Shown here: positions 28,092 through 36,533 of the stretch, in pieces | How the letters are laid out: each line of letters opens with the position of its first letter | Position numbering within the stretch: position 1 is the stretch's first letter | Translations under genes and position numbers: made by a program | Notes under the pieces: generated by a model | Seen by the model: the letters and a program-made list of their open reading frames with translations, nothing else | Told to the model about the DNA's origin: nothing | The model's database searches: none | From: Bdellovibrionaceae bacterium UBA2339 | GTDB lineage: Bacteria; Bdellovibrionota; Bdellovibrionia; Bdellovibrionales; JAMPXM01 | Reading direction: 5' to 3' | Assembly: GCA_002344785.1 (NCBI GenBank) | Contig: DDUL01000056.1 | Location: 31,752-95,751, forward strand | DNA length: 64,000 nt

Positions 28092-30566
28092 ATGAAGATT
28101 TCATTGAAGTGGCTGCAGGACTATGTGGATTTGGCGGAGTACTTCGCTAAGCCCGAGGAATTGGCCCGGCTCTTGACGGGTGCGGGACTGGAAGTCGAAA
28201 GCATCACCGATCAGTCAAAGCAGTTTCAGCATGTCGTGGTCGGACACATTTTGGAAAAGGGTGTGCATCCCAACGCGGATCGCTTGTCGCTTTGCCAAGT
28301 GTCGACAGGGGACGGCGTCGTTCACCAGATCGTCTGCGGTGCCCAGAATCACAAGTCCGGTGATCGTGTCGTCGTGGCTTTACCGGGTGCGATCTTGCCG
28401 GGCGACTTTGCGATCAAGCAGACGAAAGTTCGCGGTGTGGAATCCGGCGGCATGCTCTGTTCGGAGAAAGAGTTGGGCTTATCGAATGAAGGCGACGGCA
28501 TTGTGATCTTGCCGTCGGATGCGCCGGTGGGGCGAAGCTTCGCTGAGTATCGTGGCTTGAATGATGTGTTGTTTGAAATCAAAGTGACGCCGAATCGCGC
28601 GGATTGTTTGAGCCATCGAGGCTTGGCGCTGGAAATCGGTTGTCTGTTGGGGCGCGAGGTTCGTGCGCCCAAAGTCGAACTCCGGCGAGCGGCGGGTGCA
28701 GCGGGTGATGTGAGCGTGGAGATCGAGGCCGCTGACCTGGGGCCTCGCTACGCAGGGCGATTGGTTCGCGGCGTGAAAGTGGGGCCGTCGCCAGATTGGC
28801 TCAGGCAGAGACTTGAAAACGTGGGTTTGAATTCGATCAACAACGTGGTCGATATCACCAACTACGTGATGATGGAGTTGGGTCAGCCGATGCACGCGTT
28901 CGATACGCGTGAGCTTCGTGGTCGTGGTCTGATTGTGGCGCGAGCCGTAGCCGGAGAGAGTTTCGTGACCTTGGATGGCACGGAGTTGAAGCTCGACGGT
29001 ACGGAGCTCACGATTCGCGATCGCGAAAGAGCGGTGGCGCTTGCCGGAGTTGTGGGCGGCAAAAACTCAGGTGTGAGTGAATCGACGACGGAGATTTTTT
29101 TAGAGTCGGCCTACTTTAGGCCAAGTGCGGTTCGTCGAACACTTCGGAAATTTGGATTTGAAACTGACTCAGGCTATCGGTTTTCAAGAGGCGTGAATCC
29201 TGAAGGCGCGCGCTTGGCTTTGGATCGCGCCACGGCATTAGTGGTCGAGATCGCCGGCGGCGAGGCCGCGGCAGAGGCTGTCGATGTTTATCCGTCGCCG
29301 CTTGAGCGCGCTGAGATTCGCGTGAACTTGAAATGGATGGAAGAGCGCTTGGGTTACGCCGTTGAGGCGAGTGACTTTGAGACTTGGATGAAGCGGTTGG
29401 GTGCGGAGTTTCGCGTGCTCACGCCGGGTGATTACTTGGTGATTGCGCCCAGTCACCGGCCGGACTTGCTGATCGATGCCGACTTGCTTGAGGAGTTTGC
29501 GCGACTGCAGGGCTATGATCGCATTCCCGAAAAGCTGCCTCGTCTCGATACGGCTCCGGCGGCGCATGATGCTGACTACTTGGGTGAAAGGCGCGCGCGA
29601 CGTGTGCTCGCGGGGCTTGGCGTGTTGCAGGCCTTGAATTACGCCTTCATTGGGGATCGCGCGCAAAAGGAGTTCGTCGGCGAGGCACTGCGCTGGCGTG
29701 ATGTCGGACTTCACATGGACGACGAGGATGTGCGAATCCTCAACCCGCTCAATGAAGAGATCAATGTCATGCGAAGAGCGCTGTCGCCGGGACTCTACCG
29801 CAATGCGCTTCATAATTTCCGCAATGGCGAACGCGCGGGGCGCTTGTTTGAGATCGGCAAGACTTTTCATCGGCGTACGCGGGCTCGCAATGAGAAGTTT
29901 GCCGGCACGGAGTTTGGCGAAGAGTCGCGTTTGGCATTTTCATACTGGGGCGGTGAGACGGATCTTTGGGGGCGTAAAGAGTCAGCGCCGCCTGCGATGC
30001 GACTCAAGTCCGACATTGAAGCTTTCTTGCATGCGCTCGGAGTGAGCGGCTGGAGCTGGCGAAAGTTGGACTCGCTGCCGGCCATCGCCCATCCCGGGCA
30101 GGCTGCGGGCCTGGTGTTGCGAGGTCATCTCGTTGGTTTCATCGCGAGCCTGCATCCGCTGCGGCTGGAAGAGGACAAGTTTCGTGCGCCTGTGGCGATG
30201 GGGGAATTGGCGTTGGCCTCGATCCTTGAGGCTTCGGGCCTTCGTCGCTTTCAAGTTTTCTCCGCATTTCCCCTCGTGGATCGTGATGTGGCTTTGGTGA
30301 TGTCACGAGACGTTTCCGCAGGTGCGGTGGCGGAGAGCTTTCAGCGCGCAGCGAAGCGCTTGTCGAGCGAAGGTGGAGATTGGCTGAGAAGCGTGGAGAT
30401 CTTCGATGTGTTTGAAGGGGCCGCATTGGGCGAAGGCAAAAAGTCCGTGGCCTATCGATTGATGTTTCAGAGTTTGGAAATGAGTTTGGATGATGCGCGC
30501 GTGAACGCTCTTCGGGACAAAATTGTTCAAGATGTGTGCAGCGCTCACGATGTTGCGGTGCGATAA
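28092..30566 (+). CDS. pheT: Phenylalanine--tRNA ligase beta subunit
   Basis: MKISLKWLQDYVD, tRNA-binding domain (HPNADRLSLCQV), B3/4, B5 and FDX-ACB regions. 824 aa. Confidence 0.95.
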   Translation: MKISLKWLQDYVDLAEYFAKPEELARLLTGAGLEVESITDQSKQFQHVVVGHILEKGVHPNADRLSLCQVSTGDGVVHQIVCGAQNHKSGDRVVVALPGAILPGDFAIKQTKVRGVESGGMLCSEKELGLSNEGDGIVILPSDAPVGRSFAEYRGLNDVLFEIKVTPNRADCLSHRGLALEIGCLLGREVRAPKVELRRAAGAAGDVSVEIEAADLGPRYAGRLVRGVKVGPSPDWLRQRLENVGLNSINNVVDITNYVMMELGQPMHAFDTRELRGRGLIVARAVAGESFVTLDGTELKLDGTELTIRDRERAVALAGVVGGKNSGVSESTTEIFLESAYFRPSAVRRTLRKFGFETDSGYRFSRGVNPEGARLALDRATALVVEIAGGEAAAEAVDVYPSPLERAEIRVNLKWMEERLGYAVEASDFETWMKRLGAEFRVLTPGDYLVIAPSHRPDLLIDADLLEEFARLQGYDRIPEKLPRLDTAPAAHDADYLGERRARRVLAGLGVLQALNYAFIGDRAQKEFVGEALRWRDVGLHMDDEDVRILNPLNEEINVMRRALSPGLYRNALHNFRNGERAGRLFEIGKTFHRRTRARNEKFAGTEFGEESRLAFSYWGGETDLWGRKESAPPAMRLKSDIEAFLHALGVSGWSWRKLDSLPAIAHPGQAAGLVLRGHLVGFIASLHPLRLEEDKFRAPVAMGELALASILEASGLRRFQVFSAFPLVDRDVALVMSRDVSAGAVAESFQRAAKRLSSEGGDWLRSVEIFDVFEGAALGEGKKSVAYRLMFQSLEMSLDDARVNALRDKIVQDVCSAHDVAVR

Positions 30567-30700
30567 GTGAAAAACTGAAGAATTTTGTGAGCTTGCAACG
30601 GGATTCTTGATCGAAAGCGGCGAGGTCCACTGCGTTTTCGCTGGACGTTCGAGGTGGGAACTCGCCACAGTTAAGGAACCGGCCTCAGGGAGTGAAGGAC

Positions 30701-31048
30701 ATGACACGAACGGGAAGTAAGACAGTCGATTCGCGCTCCACGATGACCAAAGCGGATATCGTTGAGAATGTTTATGGCAAGATCGGCTTTTCCAAAAAGG
30801 AAGCTTCGGAGCTTGTGGAAATGGTCTTCAGCACTTTGAAAGAAGTCCTGCAAAAGGGCGACAAAGTGAAGATCTCGGGCTTTGGCAACTTCGTTGTTCG
30901 TGAGAAGAACGAGCGCGTGGGTCGTAACCCTCAGACGGGCGATCAAATCAAGATCAGCGCTCGTCGCGTGCTGACCTTCCGTCCGTCGCAAGTTCTGAAA
31001 GCGATGTTGAACGGCGAAGATATCACCGGCCTTAAGGACGACGAATGA
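30701..31048 (+). CDS. ihfA: Integration host factor alpha / HU-family DNA-binding protein
   Basis: MTKADIVENV...ISGFGNFVVREKNERVGRNPQTGDQIKISARRVLTFRPS. Follows pheT, as himA does in E. coli. Start is uncertain: GTG 30692, ATG 30701 or ATG 30743. Confidence 0.8.
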   Translation: MTRTGSKTVDSRSTMTKADIVENVYGKIGFSKKEASELVEMVFSTLKEVLQKGDKVKISGFGNFVVREKNERVGRNPQTGDQIKISARRVLTFRPSQVLKAMLNGEDITGLKDDE

Positions 31049-31623
31049 GCTTGGACGTTGAGACTCAGCAAGAGGAAATGCAGATCGAGGCCGCTGAGGT
31101 CACTGAGGTCACGCATTCGCGCGAGGCTGAGTCGGATCGACTTGCTGTTGCCGAGGCTCATGAAGAGATTGAAATGCTGCCTGCGGCTTATGATGTTCGC
31201 GCCGAAATGGATATCAACGATCGATTGCGCGCCGACTTTGAGAAGATTCCCGACACCATGGCTTTTAAGATTGGTGATGCCGCGGATCTCGTGGGTGTGA
31301 AGACCTATGTGCTGAGATTTTGGGAGAGCGAGTTTGAAGCGCTTCGCCCCAAAAAGAGTCGTAATGGACAGCGCGTGTACTCTCGCCGTGATTTGGAAAC
31401 GGCGATGATGATTCGCAAGCTGCTTTACGACGATAAGTTTTCGATCGAAGGTGCGCGAGCTGTGCTGAAGTCCCTTCGCCACAAGTTGCGCGAAGAGCGG
31501 GAAAAAGGGCCTACAGTGCCGCTTCGTGAGCTTGAAGGTCTCGAAGGTGCTCGTGAGCGAGCTGTGTCGGGGTTGCGGCAAATTTTGGAAGTTGTGCGTG
31601 GCTTTCGGGCGAATGTGGCCTGA
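31045..31623 (+). CDS. MerR-family transcriptional regulator
   Basis: HTH IGDAADLVGVKTYVLRFWESEFEALRPKKSRNGQRVYSRRDL. ATGA overlap with the ihfA stop. Confidence 0.8.
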   Translation: MSLDVETQQEEMQIEAAEVTEVTHSREAESDRLAVAEAHEEIEMLPAAYDVRAEMDINDRLRADFEKIPDTMAFKIGDAADLVGVKTYVLRFWESEFEALRPKKSRNGQRVYSRRDLETAMMIRKLLYDDKFSIEGARAVLKSLRHKLREEREKGPTVPLRELEGLEGARERAVSGLRQILEVVRGFRANVA

Positions 31624-31704
31624 AGACCTGGGTCGTGTTTTCAGTTGCCTGTAGGCGGCTGGCGCGGCTAAGAGTTGTGTTCCTTTGTGGCCTGTTCTGG
31701 CCGT

Positions 31705-31781
31705 CGGCGCGTGGCGCAGTCTGGTAGCGCACATGCTTGGGGTGCATGAGGTCGCTGGTTCAAGTCCAGTCGCGCCGACCA
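31705..31781 (+). tRNA. tRNA-Pro (anticodon GGG), CCA encoded
   Basis: Hand-folded cloverleaf: acceptor CGGCGCG/CGCGCCG, D arm GCGC-AGTCTGGTA-GCGC, anticodon arm CATGC-TTGGGGT-GCATG, T arm GCTGG-TTCAAGT-CCAGT, discriminator A plus CCA. Confidence 0.9.
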
Positions 31782-31847
31782 TTTTTCTCTTTGAGATCGA
31801 GTTGTTTTTATGGGGGCTTGTGCTGTGAGTGGCGTTCACGGCGCGAC
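31765..31847 (+). repeat. Direct repeat copy 1 (last 17 nt of tRNA-Pro plus 66 nt downstream)
   Basis: TCCAGTCGCGCCGACCATTTTTCTCTTTGAGATCGAGTTGTTT..GGGGCTTGTGCTGTGAGTGGCGTTCACGGCGCGAC. Near-identical copy 200 nt downstream. Confidence 0.9.
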
Positions 31848-31964
31848 GTGGACATCAGCGGCATCGAGCCGCCTCGTCCTAGGCGTTCGGGGATCGCGGA
31901 GTACCGCGCCCCACTCACGCAAGCTCCTCGTCAAAACGCGCCGCTGGCGCCTTTTGCCGCGGGC

Positions 31965-32044
31965 TCCAGCGCCGACCATTTTTCTCTTTGAGATCGAGTT
32001 GTTTGAGTCGGGGCTTGTGCTGTGAGTGGCGTTCACGGCGCGAC
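31965..32044 (+). repeat. Direct repeat copy 2 (tRNA-Pro 3' end fragment plus flank)
   Basis: Same sequence as copy 1, except for a 3-nt deletion in the tRNA-derived part and a 5-nt substituted patch (GAGTC versus TTATG). Confidence 0.9.
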
Positions 32045-32081
32045 TGAGTCATGACGCAGCGTTTTCTCGGCGCCGCGGAAA

Positions 32082-32537
32082 TCAGAAATAGCGACGAACC
32101 GAGTTTTTGTAGCTTCGGTAGGCTTCGCCGAAGAGCAACTCGAGGTTTTTCTCTTCAATGCGGACTTTGAGGTTCAAGACGATTCCCAAGGCCAGAGTGA
32201 GCAGGGCTGCAAGCCAAGATCTTTGCAGTAAACTCCAAGCGAGACTCATGAGTAGGCCGCCGACGTACATCGGGTTTCTCGAATGCGTGAAGGGAAAATG
32301 GGTGATGAGTTGCGTGCCTTGTTTCGCGGCGGCCTCGATGGTGAACGCCTTGCGAAGCGCGTGAAGTGCGACCAGCACAATCAGGCATCCGAGGATGGCG
32401 AGTCCTGTACCGATCCAGTCCCAAATGTCTTGTGGCCAGAAGAATCGAAATCCAGTTTGGGCCGGGGCCAGCGCCACGCCGAGCATCAGCAGGGCCTGTG
32501 CGATGAGAATGAGTTTTGGCTTTTGTTGTTGAGGCAT
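32082..32537 (-). CDS. Isoprenylcysteine carboxyl / phospholipid methyltransferase-family membrane protein
   Basis: HFPFTHSRNPMYVGGLLMSLAW and C-terminal EEKNLELLFGEAYRSYKNSVRRYF. ATG 32537 chosen because the longer ORF overlaps the upstream gene. Confidence 0.7.
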   Translation of the reverse strand: MPQQQKPKLILIAQALLMLGVALAPAQTGFRFFWPQDIWDWIGTGLAILGCLIVLVALHALRKAFTIEAAAKQGTQLITHFPFTHSRNPMYVGGLLMSLAWSLLQRSWLAALLTLALGIVLNLKVRIEEKNLELLFGEAYRSYKNSVRRYF

Positions 32538-32553
32538 GGGGTGATCGCCGCGC

Positions 32554-33282
32554 TTAATCTTCGACACGATGTACGACTTCGGCCAAAGGAATTCGGAAAC
32601 GCTCACCCCAGCGGCCTCGCTCGGTGGGGTGGCCCACAGCGATCACCATGACAACGCGTTGGCTTCGTCGAAGTTTGAGCGCGCGGCGAACTCGAGATTC
32701 GTCGAAACCTTCCATCATGCATGTGCCCGCACCCTGAGCTGTGATGGCGAGCACAAAGTTCTCACAGGCGAGGGCTGCGGATTTAACTGCCACTTCTTGC
32801 AGATCGCGTCGTCCGGCGGGGCGGATCATAATTGGGCGAAAGAGACTTACGAGGCGAAGTCCAATCCAGCGAAGGCCACCGAGCAGTCCGAATGCATTGA
32901 TGTACATGAGGGGAATGAGTTTTTCGTAGTAGTCGCGCATGCTCGGCGGAAAGTTGGGCTTTTTCGGGGCTGCTTGTTGAATGCTTTGATCCACCCACGC
33001 GAGAATTTGGGGGCGTGAGCGTCGCCATTTTCCGTAATCGGCCGTGACGACAATCAAATGCGAGGCGGTTCGCGCAGCTCCCTGCGACAAGCAGGCCGAG
33101 ATCAACTGCTTGTGGGTGCTTCCGTCTCGGCTTGTCCAGTAAAAATCCCAGGTCTGAACATTGGAGGAGTTGGGTGCCAGTGTTGCGGCCTGAAGGGCCC
33201 GCTCGATAATCTTGTCGTCGACGGGGGCGTCGGAAAAGTTGCGAATGCTGCGCCGACGTTCAAGTACTTCGAAGAATTCCAC
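32554..33282 (-). CDS. Nitroreductase-family protein
   Basis: MEFFEVLERRRSIRNFSDAPVDDKIIERALQAATLAPNSSNVQTWDF. Confidence 0.8.
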   Translation of the reverse strand: MEFFEVLERRRSIRNFSDAPVDDKIIERALQAATLAPNSSNVQTWDFYWTSRDGSTHKQLISACLSQGAARTASHLIVVTADYGKWRRSRPQILAWVDQSIQQAAPKKPNFPPSMRDYYEKLIPLMYINAFGLLGGLRWIGLRLVSLFRPIMIRPAGRRDLQEVAVKSAALACENFVLAITAQGAGTCMMEGFDESRVRRALKLRRSQRVVMVIAVGHPTERGRWGERFRIPLAEVVHRVED

Positions 33283-33562
33283 GCGTGCTCCTCAAGGCGG
33301 GCGAGGCCAATGCGCCTCATATCTGGTGAGAAGTGATGGAATTGTCAAAAGCCGCGCACAGCTTCTGATGTTTGTGTCGAGTTTGGCCTCTAATGCGTGT
33401 TGGCAAACGTGGAATTGACTGCATTTCATGCACAACTGACACTTTTTGTGTCGAGAGAATCTCGCACACCTAGGAGGGGACTGCGGGGTTCTTCTGAGTT
33501 TTGGAAATGTCTGTGGAAGTGGTTGGGGAAGCCGGGATCGGCACAACAAAAGGAATTGGCGT

Positions 33563-34645
33563 ATGAAAATGAGTTTTGGATCAGTGATGGGTGCAGCGGT
33601 GGGACTGGCAGGCTTGGTTGCTGGTGTTGCGCAAGCTTCGACAGCTGGTAAACCAGCGCAAAAGATCAATGTTTGCTATCAAGACTTTCGCGAGGAAATG
33701 GTCACGGCGGCTTTGCTTGTCGCGGAGAAGAACAAATTCTTTGCCGAAGAGGGCTTGCAGATTCGCTGGATCAAATCGCCAAAGATGTCGAAGTTTGCCC
33801 AAGATCAAGTCTTGAAGGTATCGAACCTCAATGCGAAGGCTGAACCTGCATACTTGAATGGCGTGATTGAAGAAGCCGCTGTCTTGCAGAATGCGGAAAA
33901 AGAAAAGTGCCATTTCGTTTCGACAACCGTCGAAGCGGCATTCGGTGCGGGCGTGGATTTGTCATTGTATGTGCCCGTGGCGAATTATCGCTATGGCAAG
34001 GATTACGATGTTCCGGTTGTGGTTCGAGCGGACTCGGAGATTAAGAGTGTTGCGGATCTAAAAGGTAAGACAGTGCGCGTGAATCAGGTTGGCAGCGTGT
34101 TGCCTTTCGAGGACATGCTCAAGTCAGCTGGCCTTTCTTCAAAGGACGTGAAGTATCAGAAAGTCGCGCTCAACAGCGTGCACACGGCATTGGATCAAAA
34201 GCAGGTCGATGTGGTGCTCAGCTACAATCCCACCATTCCGCTGCTGATGGGTTCAAATCGCGTGCGAGTGCTGGAGGGCAATTTGTTCGCCAAGCACTAT
34301 CCGGGCGGCTATGTGCCGCACTCGCTGTTGTTGATGAGCAAGTCGCGAACTGAGGCTCAAGTTCAGGAAAAATTCATGCGTGCCTTTGAGCGCGGCTCGC
34401 AGCAGCTGACGCAAAAGCCGGGAACTCTGGTCGAGGCCTTTCCTTTCCTGAAGAAGAACTACAGCAACGTCGAAATTGAGCGAAGCCTCAACTTCACCAA
34501 GATCGGTCCAGCTGTGATTCGTAAGTCGAGCAATGCGGCGACCTATATGCAGGACAGTCGCTTTGCGGAGTACGCGAATCTGCTGCAAGAGCGAGGTTTC
34601 TTGACCTCCAAGGTGGACTTGAGCTCTTGGCAGAATGTTCAGTGA
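33563..34645 (+). CDS. Periplasmic substrate-binding protein (NMT1/SsuA-like ABC-type SBP)
   Basis: Signal MKMSFGSVMGAAVGLAGLVAGVAQA, DLKGKTVRVNQVGSV motif. No permease or ATPase gene is adjacent. Confidence 0.6.
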   Translation: MKMSFGSVMGAAVGLAGLVAGVAQASTAGKPAQKINVCYQDFREEMVTAALLVAEKNKFFAEEGLQIRWIKSPKMSKFAQDQVLKVSNLNAKAEPAYLNGVIEEAAVLQNAEKEKCHFVSTTVEAAFGAGVDLSLYVPVANYRYGKDYDVPVVVRADSEIKSVADLKGKTVRVNQVGSVLPFEDMLKSAGLSSKDVKYQKVALNSVHTALDQKQVDVVLSYNPTIPLLMGSNRVRVLEGNLFAKHYPGGYVPHSLLLMSKSRTEAQVQEKFMRAFERGSQQLTQKPGTLVEAFPFLKKNYSNVEIERSLNFTKIGPAVIRKSSNAATYMQDSRFAEYANLLQERGFLTSKVDLSSWQNVQ

Positions 34646-35387
34646 GATTCTCAATCCGATCGCGGCACTTTGTGTGCTGCTCAATTTTGGCCTGAGCTAT
34701 TTGCTGGGCCTTGGGGTGAAGCTCGGGTGGTACCCGAGCTTCGTTTCTCGAAAAATCCTTCACATAAGTTTTTTCCTTCTTCCGTACTACTTTGGGCGCG
34801 AACTTTCCGGGCAATTCGCGGTCAATTTTGCGATCTCATTTTCTGTACTCACGACTCTGCGATATGCGCTCTATATCGAACGGGTGCGGAGCAAGGTGAG
34901 GTTTCTCGATGTGAGTTTTCTTGCGTATGAGCGAATCGAGGATCGGCCCTACAATCTGCATTACTTGTTTTTTCAGAGAGTGGTGCAGCTTCTGCTGATT
35001 AATTTGCCCGCAGTGTTCGTGCCTGAGTATTTTAGGCCGTCCTATATTTATCAGATCGCGTTTATGATTCTCGTATTCGGCGACGGACTCGCTGAGCCTG
35101 TGGGGCGTTGGGTGAAGAGTCCGAAGTATTCCGTGTTCACACTTTGGCTTGAGAGGCCAAGTCATCGAAGTTGGGCGGGCAGCGCCTGTGTCTACGTGGT
35201 GAGTTTCATTTGCGTGGTGGCCTTTTATCCCAATGAACGGCCAGAGTTTGTCTTGCAATTGATTCTTCTGCCACTTGTTGCGACCAGTATTGAAGCATTG
35301 GCGCCGCACTCGATCGACAATCCCTTTATTTTGTTGGGAAGCTTTTGGTTCATGCGCTTGATTCAAGAACTTGTCGGTGGAGCCTGA
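34635..35387 (+). CDS. Polytopic membrane protein, dolichol/phytol-kinase (CTP-transferase 1) superfamily-like
   Basis: FGDGLAEPVGRWVKSPKY...RSWAGSACVYVVSF resembles the GDxxAxxVG...KSxEGS core of polyprenol kinases. Visibly lower GC than its neighbours. Confidence 0.45.
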   Translation: MFSEILNPIAALCVLLNFGLSYLLGLGVKLGWYPSFVSRKILHISFFLLPYYFGRELSGQFAVNFAISFSVLTTLRYALYIERVRSKVRFLDVSFLAYERIEDRPYNLHYLFFQRVVQLLLINLPAVFVPEYFRPSYIYQIAFMILVFGDGLAEPVGRWVKSPKYSVFTLWLERPSHRSWAGSACVYVVSFICVVAFYPNERPEFVLQLILLPLVATSIEALAPHSIDNPFILLGSFWFMRLIQELVGGA

Positions 35388-35401
35388 CTCGACTTGGTCG
35401 C

Positions 35402-36505
35402 TCACTTTGGTGCAGGCATGCAGTAGTGATTGAGTAAGAGCGTTTTTGTGGTGATGGATCGGCCGTTCGAGCAATTGGCTTCTGGCGTGAGCGTGTTTGG
35501 GGCTGGAGCCACGAGGCTCAGGATTTGCCCGTCGCGACTGATGAAGTAGGCCGGTTGCTGGGTCGAGAGAGATTCTTGAATCAAAAGTGGTCGAATTTCA
35601 TCGATGGATCCGCGAAAGGCCGCGGCCTCGGGATCGCCGCGAAATTGTCGGAGCGATTTGGTCTGGCTTGGGATCAAACTGAATCGATCATGCGGCCAAG
35701 TGGCTTTGAGTTGGGAAATGGTTTGCGTCACAAATTGATAGCGGCGACTCTTTGGTTCGGTCGAGGCTTGATGCTGAGTTTTGTTGGGGGCCTTTTTTGT
35801 TAGGCGTGAGCCGGGGCTGAAACTCACGAGTTGAGAAAATACGAATTGCCGCTCAGGCACGAGGTTGTGGCAGGCCACACAGGCCTGAGTTTGTGTCGCA
35901 GCTTCGTCGGGAAATAGTTCGCCTTCGGGCGTGAAGAGCGCATAGCCCCATCCGCCGGTGTCGGCATAGCGTTTTTTATCGCGAACCATGAATTGAAATC
36001 GCTTTTGATCTTGAGGCGCTGAGGAGTTGGGGAAACTTGGATCTTCGCCAGTGAGGAAGCCAATTTTCGCAAACATCGATCCGTCCGGATAGGGGATCAT
36101 CGCTCGCTGCGGATCGGTGGACATCGCTTGGTGATTTTGCTTCAGCGTCTGATAAGCCAGTGGATTGGCGTAGGTGAAGCGCATCTCCTGGGTGTCTTGA
36201 CGATAGCGGACTGTGACCAGCTTCCAAGTCTGAGCGAAGTCGCCAAACTGCTTGAGTTGAAGTCCGTTCATTTGTTGCGACTTTGCTTGAGCCGATAGTT
36301 GGGGCGTTGCGAGGAGCGTGAGGAGAAGTGTGAGTTGGATCGTGAGGCGGCGTCTGCGGAGGCGGCTGCGGAGGGGCCTGCGGGTGATGAGCTCATCAGC
36401 TAAGCGTAAGTGGCGATGAACTTGAGCATGATGCTGACTTGTGGGTCGAATCAATTTGCGAGCGCGATGAATCATAAGCTTCGCCTTCCTATGGACTTGC
36501 GGCAT
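35402..36505 (-). CDS. Cytochrome P460-like heme protein with extra C-terminal domain
   Basis: Signal-like RRRRLTIQLTLLLTLLATPQLSAQA, then GGWGYALFTPEG...CVACHNLVPERQFVF (single CxxCH), then a further roughly 150 aa. Start uncertain. Confidence 0.55.
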   Translation of the reverse strand: MPQVHRKAKLMIHRARKLIRPTSQHHAQVHRHLRLADELITRRPLRSRLRRRRLTIQLTLLLTLLATPQLSAQAKSQQMNGLQLKQFGDFAQTWKLVTVRYRQDTQEMRFTYANPLAYQTLKQNHQAMSTDPQRAMIPYPDGSMFAKIGFLTGEDPSFPNSSAPQDQKRFQFMVRDKKRYADTGGWGYALFTPEGELFPDEAATQTQACVACHNLVPERQFVFSQLVSFSPGSRLTKKAPNKTQHQASTEPKSRRYQFVTQTISQLKATWPHDRFSLIPSQTKSLRQFRGDPEAAAFRGSIDEIRPLLIQESLSTQQPAYFISRDGQILSLVAPAPNTLTPEANCSNGRSITTKTLLLNHYCMPAPK

Positions 36506-36533
36506 GCCCCTAGGTTGAGCTTACACTTGAGCC

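Noticed and set aside
30943-31839. 298-aa minus-strand ORF spanning ihfA, the MerR gene and tRNA-Pro
   Set aside because: It crosses a tRNA gene and two well-supported plus-strand genes. Its N-terminus (MNATHSTSP...) merely mirrors the direct repeat, as does ORF 31836-32036.
31765-32044. Possible CRISPR-like or MITE-like array at the tRNA-Pro flank
   Set aside because: There are only two copies, about 80 nt each, including tRNA sequence. There are no cas genes and no regular short repeat-spacer structure. It is reported as an att-like duplication instead.
33460-33562. TPP or other riboswitch in front of the NMT1/THI5-like binding protein
   Set aside because: The leader contains CTGAG and GGGG runs, but I could not assemble the conserved TPP core (CUGAGA ... 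ACCUGAUCUGGAUAAUGCCAGCG-type elements) or any other riboswitch consensus I know.
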